Below, one piece after another: positions 53,486-61,749 of a stretch of DNA of 64,000 bases (the first letter of the stretch is position 1; each line of letters begins with the position of its first letter). The position numbers and the translations under genes are program-made. The notes under the pieces were generated by a model. That model was given only the letters and a program-made list of their open reading frames with translations, was not told the DNA's origin and searched no databases. Origin of the DNA: Patescibacteria group bacterium. GTDB taxonomy: Bacteria > Patescibacteriota > Dojkabacteria > J137. The stretch spans positions 75,569 to 139,568 of the forward strand of contig BOLA01000001.1 in NCBI GenBank assembly GCA_016861265.1, written 5' to 3'.

Positions 53486-53926
53486 CTAGCTAATTGCTCT
53501 CCTAACTAATTCAACAATTTGCTTCTCTTCTTTTTCAGTAATTTTGTTAACTGCAAATGCTACTGGCCACATATTTCCATCGTCTAAATTAGCATCTTCC
53601 TGAAAGCCAATTGTTGGGTATCTATAACCAAACTTTTCTGCTGGTTGAAAAAATACAACAATTTTACCTGCGCCATTAGCAAAAGATGGAAATCCGTACC
53701 AAGTTTTTGGCATTAGGTTAGGAGCTGTTTTCGTTACAATTTCAACAAATTTTTGTGCTTTAGATTTATCTGGTTCAGGCATTTTAGAAATCACATCTTG
53801 AATGTCCTTAAAGCCCTGCTCTCTTGTTTTAACAGCCTTAGCTTCTGCTGCAAGTTCTTTTGCTCTTTGTCGCATTGCAGTCTTTTCTTGTTCACTAAAA
53901 ACTCCTGCTTTTGATTTATCTGCCAT
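53486..53926 (-). CDS. DUF1801 (YdhG-like) domain protein
   Basis: Small alpha/beta protein. ...TWYGFPSFANGAGKIVVFFQPAEKFGYRYPTIGF... resembles DUF1801. No catalytic motif. Confidence 0.45.
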   Translation of the reverse strand: MADKSKAGVFSEQEKTAMRQRAKELAAEAKAVKTREQGFKDIQDVISKMPEPDKSKAQKFVEIVTKTAPNLMPKTWYGFPSFANGAGKIVVFFQPAEKFGYRYPTIGFQEDANLDDGNMWPVAFAVNKITEKEEKQIVELVRRAIS

Positions 53927-54016
53927 ATAATTCCTTTCTTTGTGTTAATAAGTAATACTTGAATATTAGTCCAAGTTTGTTTTATAATCAAGTATCTTGA
54001 AAATGAAGGTATATTT

Positions 54017-54472
54017 ATGGATAAAAAAACGAAATTACAATTTAAGGTATTAATGGCCGCTAGAGATAATGGTATTAGCTCCATGCTTTTTAGGAATGTA
54101 ATGGCAAAAAAATTGAATTTGAATTTAACAGAATCGGTTTGCTTAACTCTTTTAGGAATTAATAAAGTTTCGACTCCATCCCAAATTGCAAAGTATACTG
54201 GCTTAACAACCGGTTCAACAACAACAATGCTAGATAGACTAGAAAAAAAAGGTTTTATAAAAAGAAAACTAAACCCAAAAGACCGAAGAGGAATAATAAT
54301 AGAAACTGACACTAAATATTCAGATGTTACTTCAGCAATGGTTGTAAGTGTTCAAAAGGCCCACAAAAAGCTAATTAGTAAATACTCGGAAAAGGAACTA
54401 AAGATTATTGAAGATTTTTTGAGTAAATTTACAAATAATATGAATACTGCTGCGGAGGAAATCGAAGGATAA
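54017..54472 (+). CDS. MarR-family transcriptional regulator
   Basis: Winged HTH (LNLTESVCLTLLGINKVSTPSQIAKYTGLTTGSTTTMLDRLEKKGFIKRKLNPKDRRGIIIETD). Divergent promoter with inverted repeat ATACTTGA...TCAAGTAT at 53960-54005. Confidence 0.8.
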   Translation: MDKKTKLQFKVLMAARDNGISSMLFRNVMAKKLNLNLTESVCLTLLGINKVSTPSQIAKYTGLTTGSTTTMLDRLEKKGFIKRKLNPKDRRGIIIETDTKYSDVTSAMVVSVQKAHKKLISKYSEKELKIIEDFLSKFTNNMNTAAEEIEG

Positions 54473-54496
54473 TAAGTTATAAAAACCCCCAGTATA

Positions 54497-55165
54497 TTAA
54501 ATACTTTTTCCATTAGAATTTCTTAGAACCTTAACAGCAAATCCAATAAATAAACCCAATGCCAATAGTAGTTCAAATACTTCCTGATCTTGCCACTTTA
54601 TAAAATAAATACTTTCAGGCGCATTCATATTTGTATGCTGTAAAAGTATGTAAAAGACAGATACAAAAATGAAGTATAAACTTGTTCTAAAGTCAGGAAA
54701 ATATTTTGTGAGTGTTCTCTTTTTTATTAAAATCTTAGATGCTGGTAAAACTACTCCAAGAACAATCCCAGCAGCTACATATAATATGTGGAGAATATTT
54801 TGAATTGGTTTAAGATTATGTACATTAAGTTCAAACTGCGAGTTTTGTTCAAGGAAGTATTCAGGAGTTTCGAAAGTAAGTAATCGTTGCCCCCAACTAA
54901 TTTCTTCCATACTCATTACAAAAAAACCTACTGTACAAATTACAAGTAGTATTTTTTCGAATCTATTAAAGAAGGCTGCCTTTTTTAATAGCGAATAAAA
55001 GATTATGCTAAACGAGGATAAATACAGAAAAAATTGAATATATTCTAACAAGCTATCTTCCTTTGCCATGTTTGTATAGAGACTCCAATTAAGCTCTCTT
55101 AAACAATACAAGATCAAGATATAAACTACAGGGAAAAAGAAAGTAATTATTGACCTAGATTTCAT
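54497..55165 (-). CDS. Hypothetical integral membrane protein (about 6 TM)
   Basis: Multiple hydrophobic helices. No motif. Confidence 0.4.
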   Translation of the reverse strand: MKSRSIITFFFPVVYILILYCLRELNWSLYTNMAKEDSLLEYIQFFLYLSSFSIIFYSLLKKAAFFNRFEKILLVICTVGFFVMSMEEISWGQRLLTFETPEYFLEQNSQFELNVHNLKPIQNILHILYVAAGIVLGVVLPASKILIKKRTLTKYFPDFRTSLYFIFVSVFYILLQHTNMNAPESIYFIKWQDQEVFELLLALGLFIGFAVKVLRNSNGKSI

Positions 55166-55226
55166 AAATTATGCTTGAGTTATAAAAGCATTATACATAA
55201 ATATAAAATCAGAACAGTGAAAAGAT

Positions 55227-55298
55227 TGACCCCACGGAGAATCGAACTCCGGTTTACAGATTGAGAATCTGTCGTCCTAGCCGCTAGACGATGAGGCC
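55227..55298 (-). tRNA. tRNA-Glu (anticodon CUC)
   Basis: Minus-strand cloverleaf. Acceptor GGCCTCA/TGGGGTC (two G-U). D-arm GTCT-AGCGGCT-AGGAC. Anticodon stem ACAGA/TCTGT with loop TTCTCAA. T-arm CGGAG-TTCGATT-CTCCG. The overall layout parallels the E. coli tRNA-Glu. Confidence 0.8.
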
Positions 55299-55340
55299 GT
55301 ATATTTGAATTGTACTACCAAACAAGTATGCCTTTTGTAG

Positions 55341-55709
55341 TTACTGTGCTTCTGGAACACCTATTGTTCCGGTTTGCAATGCTGCATCTTCCTTCTCTTC
55401 CTCGAGTTTCTGAGCATGTTCTTCTTGAGCCTCTTTCTCCCTCAGAATTACAGCCTGCTCAAATTCCTGTCTTAGTCTCAAGACTTCTACTTTATCAAAA
55501 TTTCTCCCAACTTTTAAGCCATTTTCAATTCTATGTTTTAAAATTCCCTCATCAAAAATTTTTAGATCTGGAATTAGATAAACTCCTCTTCCACTTTTCT
55601 TAAAGGTAGGGTCTACTTCAACATAGTTATTGAAGTAGACAACTCTTACCATATCCATTTTATTGTGCCTTTGTCTTGTAACTATACAAGTTCTTACAGG
55701 TACACTCAT
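55341..55709 (-). CDS. ylxR: YlxR/DUF448-family RNA-binding protein (nusA-operon protein)
   Basis: RTCIVTRQRHNK...GRGVYL motif. It lies directly downstream of nusA. Confidence 0.75.
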   Translation of the reverse strand: MSVPVRTCIVTRQRHNKMDMVRVVYFNNYVEVDPTFKKSGRGVYLIPDLKIFDEGILKHRIENGLKVGRNFDKVEVLRLRQEFEQAVILREKEAQEEHAQKLEEEKEDAALQTGTIGVPEAQ

Positions 55710-55742
55710 CTTTTATTAAGTAATTCAATTAAGCCTTATTTA

Positions 55743-56894
55743 TTATTCTTCAGTATCTACATCAACGTCTTCATCGGACTCAGTAGAAGCAACTAAAGCT
55801 GCGTCGCTTTCTGTATTTTCTTCTGTTGTTCCATTTTCACCCTCGATATCTAACTGCCAACCTGTTAGTTTTGTTGCTAATCTGGCATTTTGACCTTCTT
55901 TTCCAATAGCTAAAGATAATTCTGAATCTGGTACTACAACTAATGCCTTCTTATCTTGCTTATCGACAATATCAACTCTAATTGAGTTAGCTGGTCTTAC
56001 AGCGTTCATTATGTACTGCTCAATTGATTCATCCCAAAGGATAATATCAATTTTTTCTTCAAAATTTCCATTCTTTAATTCGTTAGAAATTGCATTTATT
56101 CTTACTCCTTTTTGTCCAACGCATGAACCGATTGGGTCAACCCCTTGTGATACACTTCTAACTGCAACCTTGCTTCGGGAACCAGGTTCTCTTGCGATCC
56201 CCATAATTTCAACCGTTTCTGATTCAATTTCAGGAATTTCCATTGCAAATAACTCGCTTAAGAATCCTTCATCTGCTCTAGAAATAAGCATGTACTTACC
56301 TTTAATGTCTTCTTCTATTCCTTTTAGCAACACCTTAATTTGTGAGCCTAGTCTGTAATACTCTGTTGCAACTCTTTCTGATTTTGGCATTATTGCCTTT
56401 GCTTTTCCTACCTCACAGATTACATCTCCTTCAGGCATAACTCTTTGAACTGTCACATTAATAATCTTACCAACTTTGTCTGTAAACTGTCTTAGTACAG
56501 CTTCTTTCTCAGAATCTCTTAATTTCTGTAGAATTACTTGTCTAGCAGTTTGTGCTGCAATTCTTCCGAAATCTACATCCCCTGTAACATCCATTTCTAT
56601 TACATCACCAAGTTCAGCATTTTTCTTTACTTTCTTGGCATCATCAATAAAGATTTCTAGAACGTGTTTAGTAGGTCTTTCTACAACTTCTCTTTTTACT
56701 CTAACATTTAGGTCTCCCTTTTCAGGATCCATAATAACCTCTACAGAATCCTCATCTTCTTTTTCAAGTCCATGTGAATCCATAAAAATAATTTTTAGAG
56801 AATATTTGATTGCATCTAAAATTTCATCTGCATCAATTTTTCTTTCTGCCGCAATCTGTCTTATTGCAGACATTACTTCTGTTGTTTGAGCCAT
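55743..56894 (-). CDS. nusA: Transcription termination/antitermination factor NusA
   Basis: N-terminal NusA domain, S1 domain and two KH domains (GSCVGQKGVRINAISNEL; LAIGKEGQNARLATKLTGW). Acidic C-terminal tail. Confidence 0.9.
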   Translation of the reverse strand: MAQTTEVMSAIRQIAAERKIDADEILDAIKYSLKIIFMDSHGLEKEDEDSVEVIMDPEKGDLNVRVKREVVERPTKHVLEIFIDDAKKVKKNAELGDVIEMDVTGDVDFGRIAAQTARQVILQKLRDSEKEAVLRQFTDKVGKIINVTVQRVMPEGDVICEVGKAKAIMPKSERVATEYYRLGSQIKVLLKGIEEDIKGKYMLISRADEGFLSELFAMEIPEIESETVEIMGIAREPGSRSKVAVRSVSQGVDPIGSCVGQKGVRINAISNELKNGNFEEKIDIILWDESIEQYIMNAVRPANSIRVDIVDKQDKKALVVVPDSELSLAIGKEGQNARLATKLTGWQLDIEGENGTTEENTESDAALVASTESDEDVDVDTEE

Positions 56895-57021
56895 ATTTAA
56901 TATTTAAAATTTATTGAATATATTATTCTACATTAATATAATACTTAGCGAAATCGCATAAATAACGACTTCCCTTCTATAATTACTATAAAAAAAGCCG
57001 AAACAATTTAGATTCAGCTTT

Positions 57022-57360
57022 AAACTAATAAAGATTATAGCATCTAAACGCTAGTTTAGGAATACAATCAACCCATTCCTCAGGCTAAAACCTTTAACCC
57101 GAAACTAGGGTAATATTTAGTATTTAAACTAAAGGTTATAGCACCTAAACGCTAGTTTAGGAATACAATCAACCCATTCCTCAGGCTAAAACCTTTAACC
57201 CGAAACTAGGGTAATATTTAGTATTTAAACTAAAGGTTATAGCACCTAAACGCTAGTTTAAGAATACAATTGCCCCATCACTTAAGCTAAAACTTTTGGC
57301 CAAAAACTAGGGTAATATATTACAAATTGAAATTAAAGGTTGTATCACATTTAACCTTTT
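57022..57360. repeat. Three and a half copies of a 101-bp tandem direct repeat, each containing palindrome CTAAAC-gcta-GTTTAG and hairpins AGGAAT...ATTCCT, CCC-gaaacta-GGG
   Basis: CTAAACGCTAGTTTAG recurs at 57044, 57145 and 57246 (period 101). Copies 1-2 are near-identical. Copy 3 is diverged. A partial fourth copy abuts the RBS of the 57382 gene. Confidence 0.85.
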
Positions 57361-57381
57361 TTAAGTTAAAATAGGAAAAGT

Positions 57382-58338
57382 ATGAAGATCAAGCGACCCT
57401 TAATTAATCAATACTACGAAGAAGGCGACCAGGAGACCGAAGAGCAGAAACATGAGCCCTTACAAAGTCCCCTACTTTCACATATCAAGCCTTTAGAAGA
57501 GGCCAGCAAACAATCGACTGAAGCTCCAACAATTAAGCAAGTTCTGGAAGAGGAACCCCAAGAAGAGGTTGTAATTCAGACAAAGGCATCACCAGAATTC
57601 TTAAAATGGAAGGCTGAACAAGAAAAACTAGCAAAACAAAAACTTGAAGAACAGGAAAAAGCAAGACTGTTTGAGGAGGCGCGGGTAAAAGCAGAAAATC
57701 AAGCTCGAATACAAGCGGAGGCAGAGGCTAGAAGGTTAAAGGGACTTGAAGAAATAAAAAGAATACAACAAGAACAAAAACGAAAAGAAAGAGCTGTGAT
57801 CGACCAACCTGCACTGCCAAAGACTGCTGTAAGAGCTGAAGAAATGCCGCAAGTTCCGAAACAGATAGAAAAACCTGCAGTTATTCCTGTAAGTGACGAA
57901 CAATTGGTGTTTCCGATTACACCAAGAAGAGTAACGTTCGAACAAAGATTACAGTTTATACGAATGTATTTTGAAAGAAGACAGGAATTGCTAGAGGTCT
58001 CAATGCTTTGGAAGAATCCATCGTTACCCTTTAACATTGTTTCGGTTATTTTTGTAATTGGATTATTATTTGTTGGGGGTATTTTTGAGTTCGATAAAAT
58101 CCCATCCAAGATTCCATTATTCTATAATCATGTTGAAAAGTCGTGGGAACAGGCAGATAAATCAGCTATATTTATTATAGGAACTGTACTATTAGCCGCA
58201 GAAGGATTGCTAATAAATCTTATTATTAAAATATTTAGAAGTGACAGAAGATTGGCTCTTACATTATCATGGGTAATAACATTTATTAATGTTTTAATAA
58301 TTGTTGCAGCATTGCAGATATACTCTTTAATTACTTAA
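57382..58338 (+). CDS. Hypothetical protein: charged coiled-coil N-terminal half (KAEQEKLAKQKLEEQEKARLFEEARVKAENQARIQAEAEARR) plus C-terminal TM helices
   Basis: Composition and hydropathy only. Two-nt gap to the downstream GT4 gene suggests co-transcription. Confidence 0.5.
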   Translation: MKIKRPLINQYYEEGDQETEEQKHEPLQSPLLSHIKPLEEASKQSTEAPTIKQVLEEEPQEEVVIQTKASPEFLKWKAEQEKLAKQKLEEQEKARLFEEARVKAENQARIQAEAEARRLKGLEEIKRIQQEQKRKERAVIDQPALPKTAVRAEEMPQVPKQIEKPAVIPVSDEQLVFPITPRRVTFEQRLQFIRMYFERRQELLEVSMLWKNPSLPFNIVSVIFVIGLLFVGGIFEFDKIPSKIPLFYNHVEKSWEQADKSAIFIIGTVLLAAEGLLINLIIKIFRSDRRLALTLSWVITFINVLIIVAALQIYSLIT

Positions 58339-58339
58339 A

Positions 58340-59587
58340 ATGGATTTATTTACTAATCCCTACATAATTAATAATCTTTCTATTGTACTGGGCTTTACAC
58401 TTGTTTCCTTTATAATCGCATTCTTACTAACCCCACTAATGGGTAAGCTTGCTATTAGAGTGGGGGCAGTGGACTTACCTGCATGGCTAAGAAACAAAGG
58501 TGAACGTGGGATTGTAACTAGAATACATGATTATGTTTATCCTAAGTTGGGCGGATTGGCAGTTCTTGCAGCAATACTGATTTCTCTTTTTATTAACAGA
58601 GATTTAGTAAATGTGGGCAAGGGCGTAGTTATTGGCATGATAATAATAGGAATTACAGGTTTTCTTGATGATAAATTTGAACTAAATAGTAAATTTCAAC
58701 TTTTAGGACAAGTCTTGGCAGCCGCAGTAGTTGTTGCTTCAGGAATAAGCATAACATCAATAAATTTCCTTTCGATGCAAATGAATTTTGATGCATTCTC
58801 AACCATTATTCGATTTGCAGGCTTTACATACAATTTTATTTTTCCAGCAGATATATTAACAATTTTATGGATTGTGGGTTTAATTAATGTGATTAACTGG
58901 GTTGGTGGGGTTGACGCATTGAATGGCTCTGTTACCAGTGTTGCATTATTTACCCTAATGTTAATAAATTTAGCAAATGGTAATGTTGCCTTGGCAGGAC
59001 TAATTGCGATTCATTTGGGTGCGGTATTAGGGGTACTGCCATTTAACTATCCTCCCGGAAAGATTATGTATGGGTCTGCAGGTGACTTTTTAAATGGATT
59101 TTTATTAGCAGTTTTTGCAATCTTGGGTAGTACAAAATGGACAGCATCAATGATTATTCTTGCTATGCCAATACTAGATGGAATTATTGTTATATATATG
59201 AGATTCAAGTCAAACCCTCACCTATTAAAGAGTCCTCTTAAAATACTACAGGTTAGTGATAAGAATCATTTGCATCATAGATTGCTGGACGCGGGCTACT
59301 CTAAAAAAACTGTTACCTTAATCGAAACATCTATGATGATTGTAGTATGCTCTATAGCCTTAATACTTAGCAACCTAAGAACAGATGCTCTAGCATTTAT
59401 ACTGGGAATTGCATTCCTGTTTGTAAGTTTCTCAATTATATATGTATTAAAGAAACGAGGACAGAGAAAAAACAGGGCAGATGAAATTCTTGAAGAAATT
59501 AAAGCTTCTGAACTTCCTGAAGAAAAGGAGATAGTAATTAATACTGTTTACGAAAACGAAAAGGAAGACGAAAAATACAGATATTAG
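58340..59587 (+). CDS. Glycosyltransferase family 4 polyprenyl-phosphate HexNAc-1-phosphate transferase (WecA/TagO/MraY superfamily)
   Basis: Multi-TM. DD..E Mg-site (GFLDDKFEL). N..N..GG.DAL.G (NVINWVGGVDALNG). YGSAGDFLNG (like the VFMGD.GS motif). HLHH motif. Acidic C-terminal tail. Confidence 0.8.
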   Translation: MDLFTNPYIINNLSIVLGFTLVSFIIAFLLTPLMGKLAIRVGAVDLPAWLRNKGERGIVTRIHDYVYPKLGGLAVLAAILISLFINRDLVNVGKGVVIGMIIIGITGFLDDKFELNSKFQLLGQVLAAAVVVASGISITSINFLSMQMNFDAFSTIIRFAGFTYNFIFPADILTILWIVGLINVINWVGGVDALNGSVTSVALFTLMLINLANGNVALAGLIAIHLGAVLGVLPFNYPPGKIMYGSAGDFLNGFLLAVFAILGSTKWTASMIILAMPILDGIIVIYMRFKSNPHLLKSPLKILQVSDKNHLHHRLLDAGYSKKTVTLIETSMMIVVCSIALILSNLRTDALAFILGIAFLFVSFSIIYVLKKRGQRKNRADEILEEIKASELPEEKEIVINTVYENEKEDEKYRY

Positions 59588-59696
59588 TTTAACCAATATC
59601 TTTTCTACAACAGATATCACAGCTATTGCATTGTCATTCAAAAATGCTATCATTCGGAGCAGTAACTTAGGGAATTTTGAATGAAAGGTTCGTATC

Positions 59697-59918
59697 ATGA
59701 TAACCGTTATAACCACCTGCCAAGCACCGATTTATGTCTTCAACCCGGTGGGTAAGACGTACTCAAAGAAGGGTGCGTGCTTCAAGTCGGAAGGGGCAAC
59801 CGTAAAGGTGAAGCGGGTGGAAAATAACGCAGGGTTCCTGCGAATCTGCGAAGATAGTGGAAAGGAAACTAACAACTACCTTCGTACGCAGGACGTGGCA
59901 GAAGCTGCGACTGCATAA
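59697..59918 (+). CDS. Small protein A1 (73 aa) of a paralogous cassette family; C-terminus ..DVAEAATA
   Basis: Own promoter (TTGCAT-16-TATCAT), SD plus conserved GGTTCG spacer, G/C-rich codons. Terminator-like hairpin at 59926-59958. Confidence 0.5.
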   Translation: MITVITTCQAPIYVFNPVGKTYSKKGACFKSEGATVKVKRVENNAGFLRICEDSGKETNNYLRTQDVAEAATA

Positions 59919-60033
59919 AACAGACAGGAGCTGAGGCCAACAAACAACCCCAGCTCCTGATCAATCTTCATTATTGTATCTCATATATATTGTTGCTATA
60001 ATTAAATGTCAAAGAACTCTAAGGAGGTTCGCA

Positions 60034-60243
60034 ATGCGTTTCGCTAATGTAGTCGTAAACGGTGGTGCGAAAGCACTAGACGAAGAGGGAAAACCCACTG
60101 GGGTGATTATCCCCTTCGGGAGTTGCGGAGACTTGATCGATGAATTCACAATTCAAGGCACACTCTACGCTTTGGTGGAATTCGAGGATACCGTAGCCGT
60201 AATCGAACAGGAAGATCTGTGGATTTCGGACGCAGCAGCCTGA
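60034..60243 (+). CDS. Small protein B1 (69 aa from the internal Met); N-terminus MRFANVVVNGG, C-terminus ..WISDAAA
   Basis: Strong SD AAGGAGG plus GGTTCG spacer. Promoter TTGTAT-17-TATAAT. Terminator GCGGCATCA...TGATGCCGC at 60264-60287. The longest ORF starts at 59974 but lacks an RBS. Confidence 0.5.
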   Translation: MRFANVVVNGGAKALDEEGKPTGVIIPFGSCGDLIDEFTIQGTLYALVEFEDTVAVIEQEDLWISDAAA

Positions 60244-60348
60244 TCATCCCGACCTCTTAGGTTGCGGCATCAAATTACTGATGCCGCACTCATTTCTAAA
60301 ATAATTCTTCTAATATATAATTAATCGTATAACTAGCCTGGAGGAAGA

Positions 60349-60567
60349 ATGAACACAACCAGAGTTGTAGTTTCAAACCCTAAAGGTGCGCAAGTTTACA
60401 GCCAACAGGGCAACTGTTTAATTCCGATTCCTGATAATATTCTGGAAAAGGGAACTCAGATAGTTGTTGGCGATGAACACGCAAGCGATAAACGGTACAT
60501 ACAGTATGAACGTCCGTACGCTGCAGATGCCATTGAGGATCTCTATGTTCTTGTTAGCGATCTTTGA
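60349..60567 (+). CDS. Small protein B2 (72 aa); N-terminus MNTTRVVVSNPKG, C-terminus ..YVLVSDL
   Basis: SD GGAGGAAG. -10 TATAAT upstream. Terminator AGCGCGAGC...GCTCGCGCT at 60573-60623. Confidence 0.5.
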   Translation: MNTTRVVVSNPKGAQVYSQQGNCLIPIPDNILEKGTQIVVGDEHASDKRYIQYERPYAADAIEDLYVLVSDL

Positions 60568-60720
60568 TCGGCATAAGCGCGAGCAAAGGGCGACTATTTT
60601 AATGTAGCAACCCAAGCTCGCGCTTAACTTTCTAAAATTCACATAATCTATACAAATGTTGCTATGTTATGTCAACATTGATATAATTACAATATCATCG
60701 ATCCCTAAGGAGATGTCAAA

Positions 60721-60942
60721 ATGAGTAAGACAGCTGGCTCGGACTTAAGCATGATTAGCACTTATTATTTTGATCGGGATTTAAGAATGTTTTTACCTGC
60801 GGGAAAGAAACATGACTTAGATCGCAATTCCATCAAAATTGATGAGAAAGCGCAGGTGCCTCGAGACCGGGCGGGATTGAGTTTTAAGAAGGTGAAAGGC
60901 AAGAACCTGTACATTGCTGCTAGCGAACTGGCTACAGCATAG
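60721..60942 (+). CDS. Small protein A2 (73 aa); C-terminus ..AASELATA
   Basis: SD AAGGAG plus ATGTCAAAATG. Promoter with TGTCAAcattgaTATAAT. Terminator AGGCGCC...GGCGCCT at 60959-60985. Confidence 0.5.
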   Translation: MSKTAGSDLSMISTYYFDRDLRMFLPAGKKHDLDRNSIKIDEKAQVPRDRAGLSFKKVKGKNLYIAASELATA

Positions 60943-61061
60943 GGTTATTGCCCGACCGAGGCGCCACACCAACGGCGCCTTTCCTATGCTCCCAATTGTT
61001 GCCACTTGTCAATAACAGTGATATAATGGATATGTCAAACAATTATATTTGAGGTGTCAAA

Positions 61062-61358
61062 ATGAAGTACCGAGTAGTTGGAATTCCAAGCACGGCAACA
61101 CCGGACGATCCTTCGATCTTTGAACGGCTAGGTTATGAGAATCCCGTCATAGGACATCTCGCCGTTTTCGAAGGAGAGGTTGTGGAGGTGCCAAAGCTGC
61201 CCAAGGTTTTCCTTCCACCCAATACGATTGTTGAAGGCGAAGTCAATGGACGCTATCTTGAACTCAGTACCATTGACGGTGAACCCGTTAAGGTATCAGC
61301 CAACCTCTACGTTGAGGTTGCGGGTCTTGAACAGGTCAGCGACATCGCCGCCGCCTAA
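61062..61358 (+). CDS. Small protein B3 (98 aa); N-terminus MKYRVVGIP, C-terminus ..QVSDIAAA
   Basis: SD GAGG plus GTGTCAAAATG. Promoter TTGCCA-17-TATAAT. Terminator GACAGT...ACTGTC plus T-run at 61381-61404. Confidence 0.5.
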   Translation: MKYRVVGIPSTATPDDPSIFERLGYENPVIGHLAVFEGEVVEVPKLPKVFLPPNTIVEGEVNGRYLELSTIDGEPVKVSANLYVEVAGLEQVSDIAAA

Positions 61359-61721
61359 TGAGCTTAACAGCTCGTACAAGGACAGTCCTAGCACTGTCCT
61401 TTTGCTTTCTTATAAATATATATCCATGATAAAATCCATAGCCGTAAGTCTAATAGGGGAATAGGTTATGCAGGCAACGGTTCCGGGAAATGTTCATCTG
61501 TATTACTGAAATCCCAGTACGGGCTTCCAATGTTCTGACATTATCATTCCTGAAGGTCTGGTGTTGTCAGTAGAAGAACCCAAGATGAAAGATGAGTACT
61601 CAAACGACTTCTTTTGTTTTGGGACAGCACAAATTCCGGGTACAAATCGTACGCAAGCATATGCACTTAAAGCAGACCTTGTTCTGCTGCCGGTGCAATC
61701 ATAAATCCTCTTAAAGAGGTC

Positions 61722-61749
61722 AAGGTCGACAGTTTGTCGACCTTTTGCA
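61722..61749 (+). terminator. Intrinsic terminator (AAGGTCGACA-gttt-TGTCGACCTT plus TTTT) closing an ORF-poor ~300-nt unit
   Basis: Perfect 10-bp stem followed by a T-run. Upstream is only a 39-codon ORF (61585-61704). Confidence 0.5.

Noticed and set aside
53791-54312. 173-aa minus-strand ORF overlapping the MarR gene and its promoter
   Set aside because: It is antisense to a well-supported MarR wHTH gene and to DUF1801. The frame is AT-rich and low-complexity, with no RBS.
55310-56889. Plus-strand ORFs antisense to ylxR and nusA (55310, 56011, 56476)
   Set aside because: They lie inside strongly supported conserved genes on the other strand.
59974-60033. 5' extension of small protein B1 (MYLIYIVAIIKCQRTLRRFA...)
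   Set aside because: The extension overlaps the promoter -10 (TATAAT at ~59995) and lacks an SD. The internal ATG at 60034 has a perfect AAGGAGG SD.
60034-60243. Double-glycine-leader bacteriocin interpretation of B1 (MRFANVVVNGG...)
   Set aside because: The putative leader is only 11 aa and lacks the LS..EL..I.GG consensus. No ABC-transporter/peptidase C39 gene is nearby.
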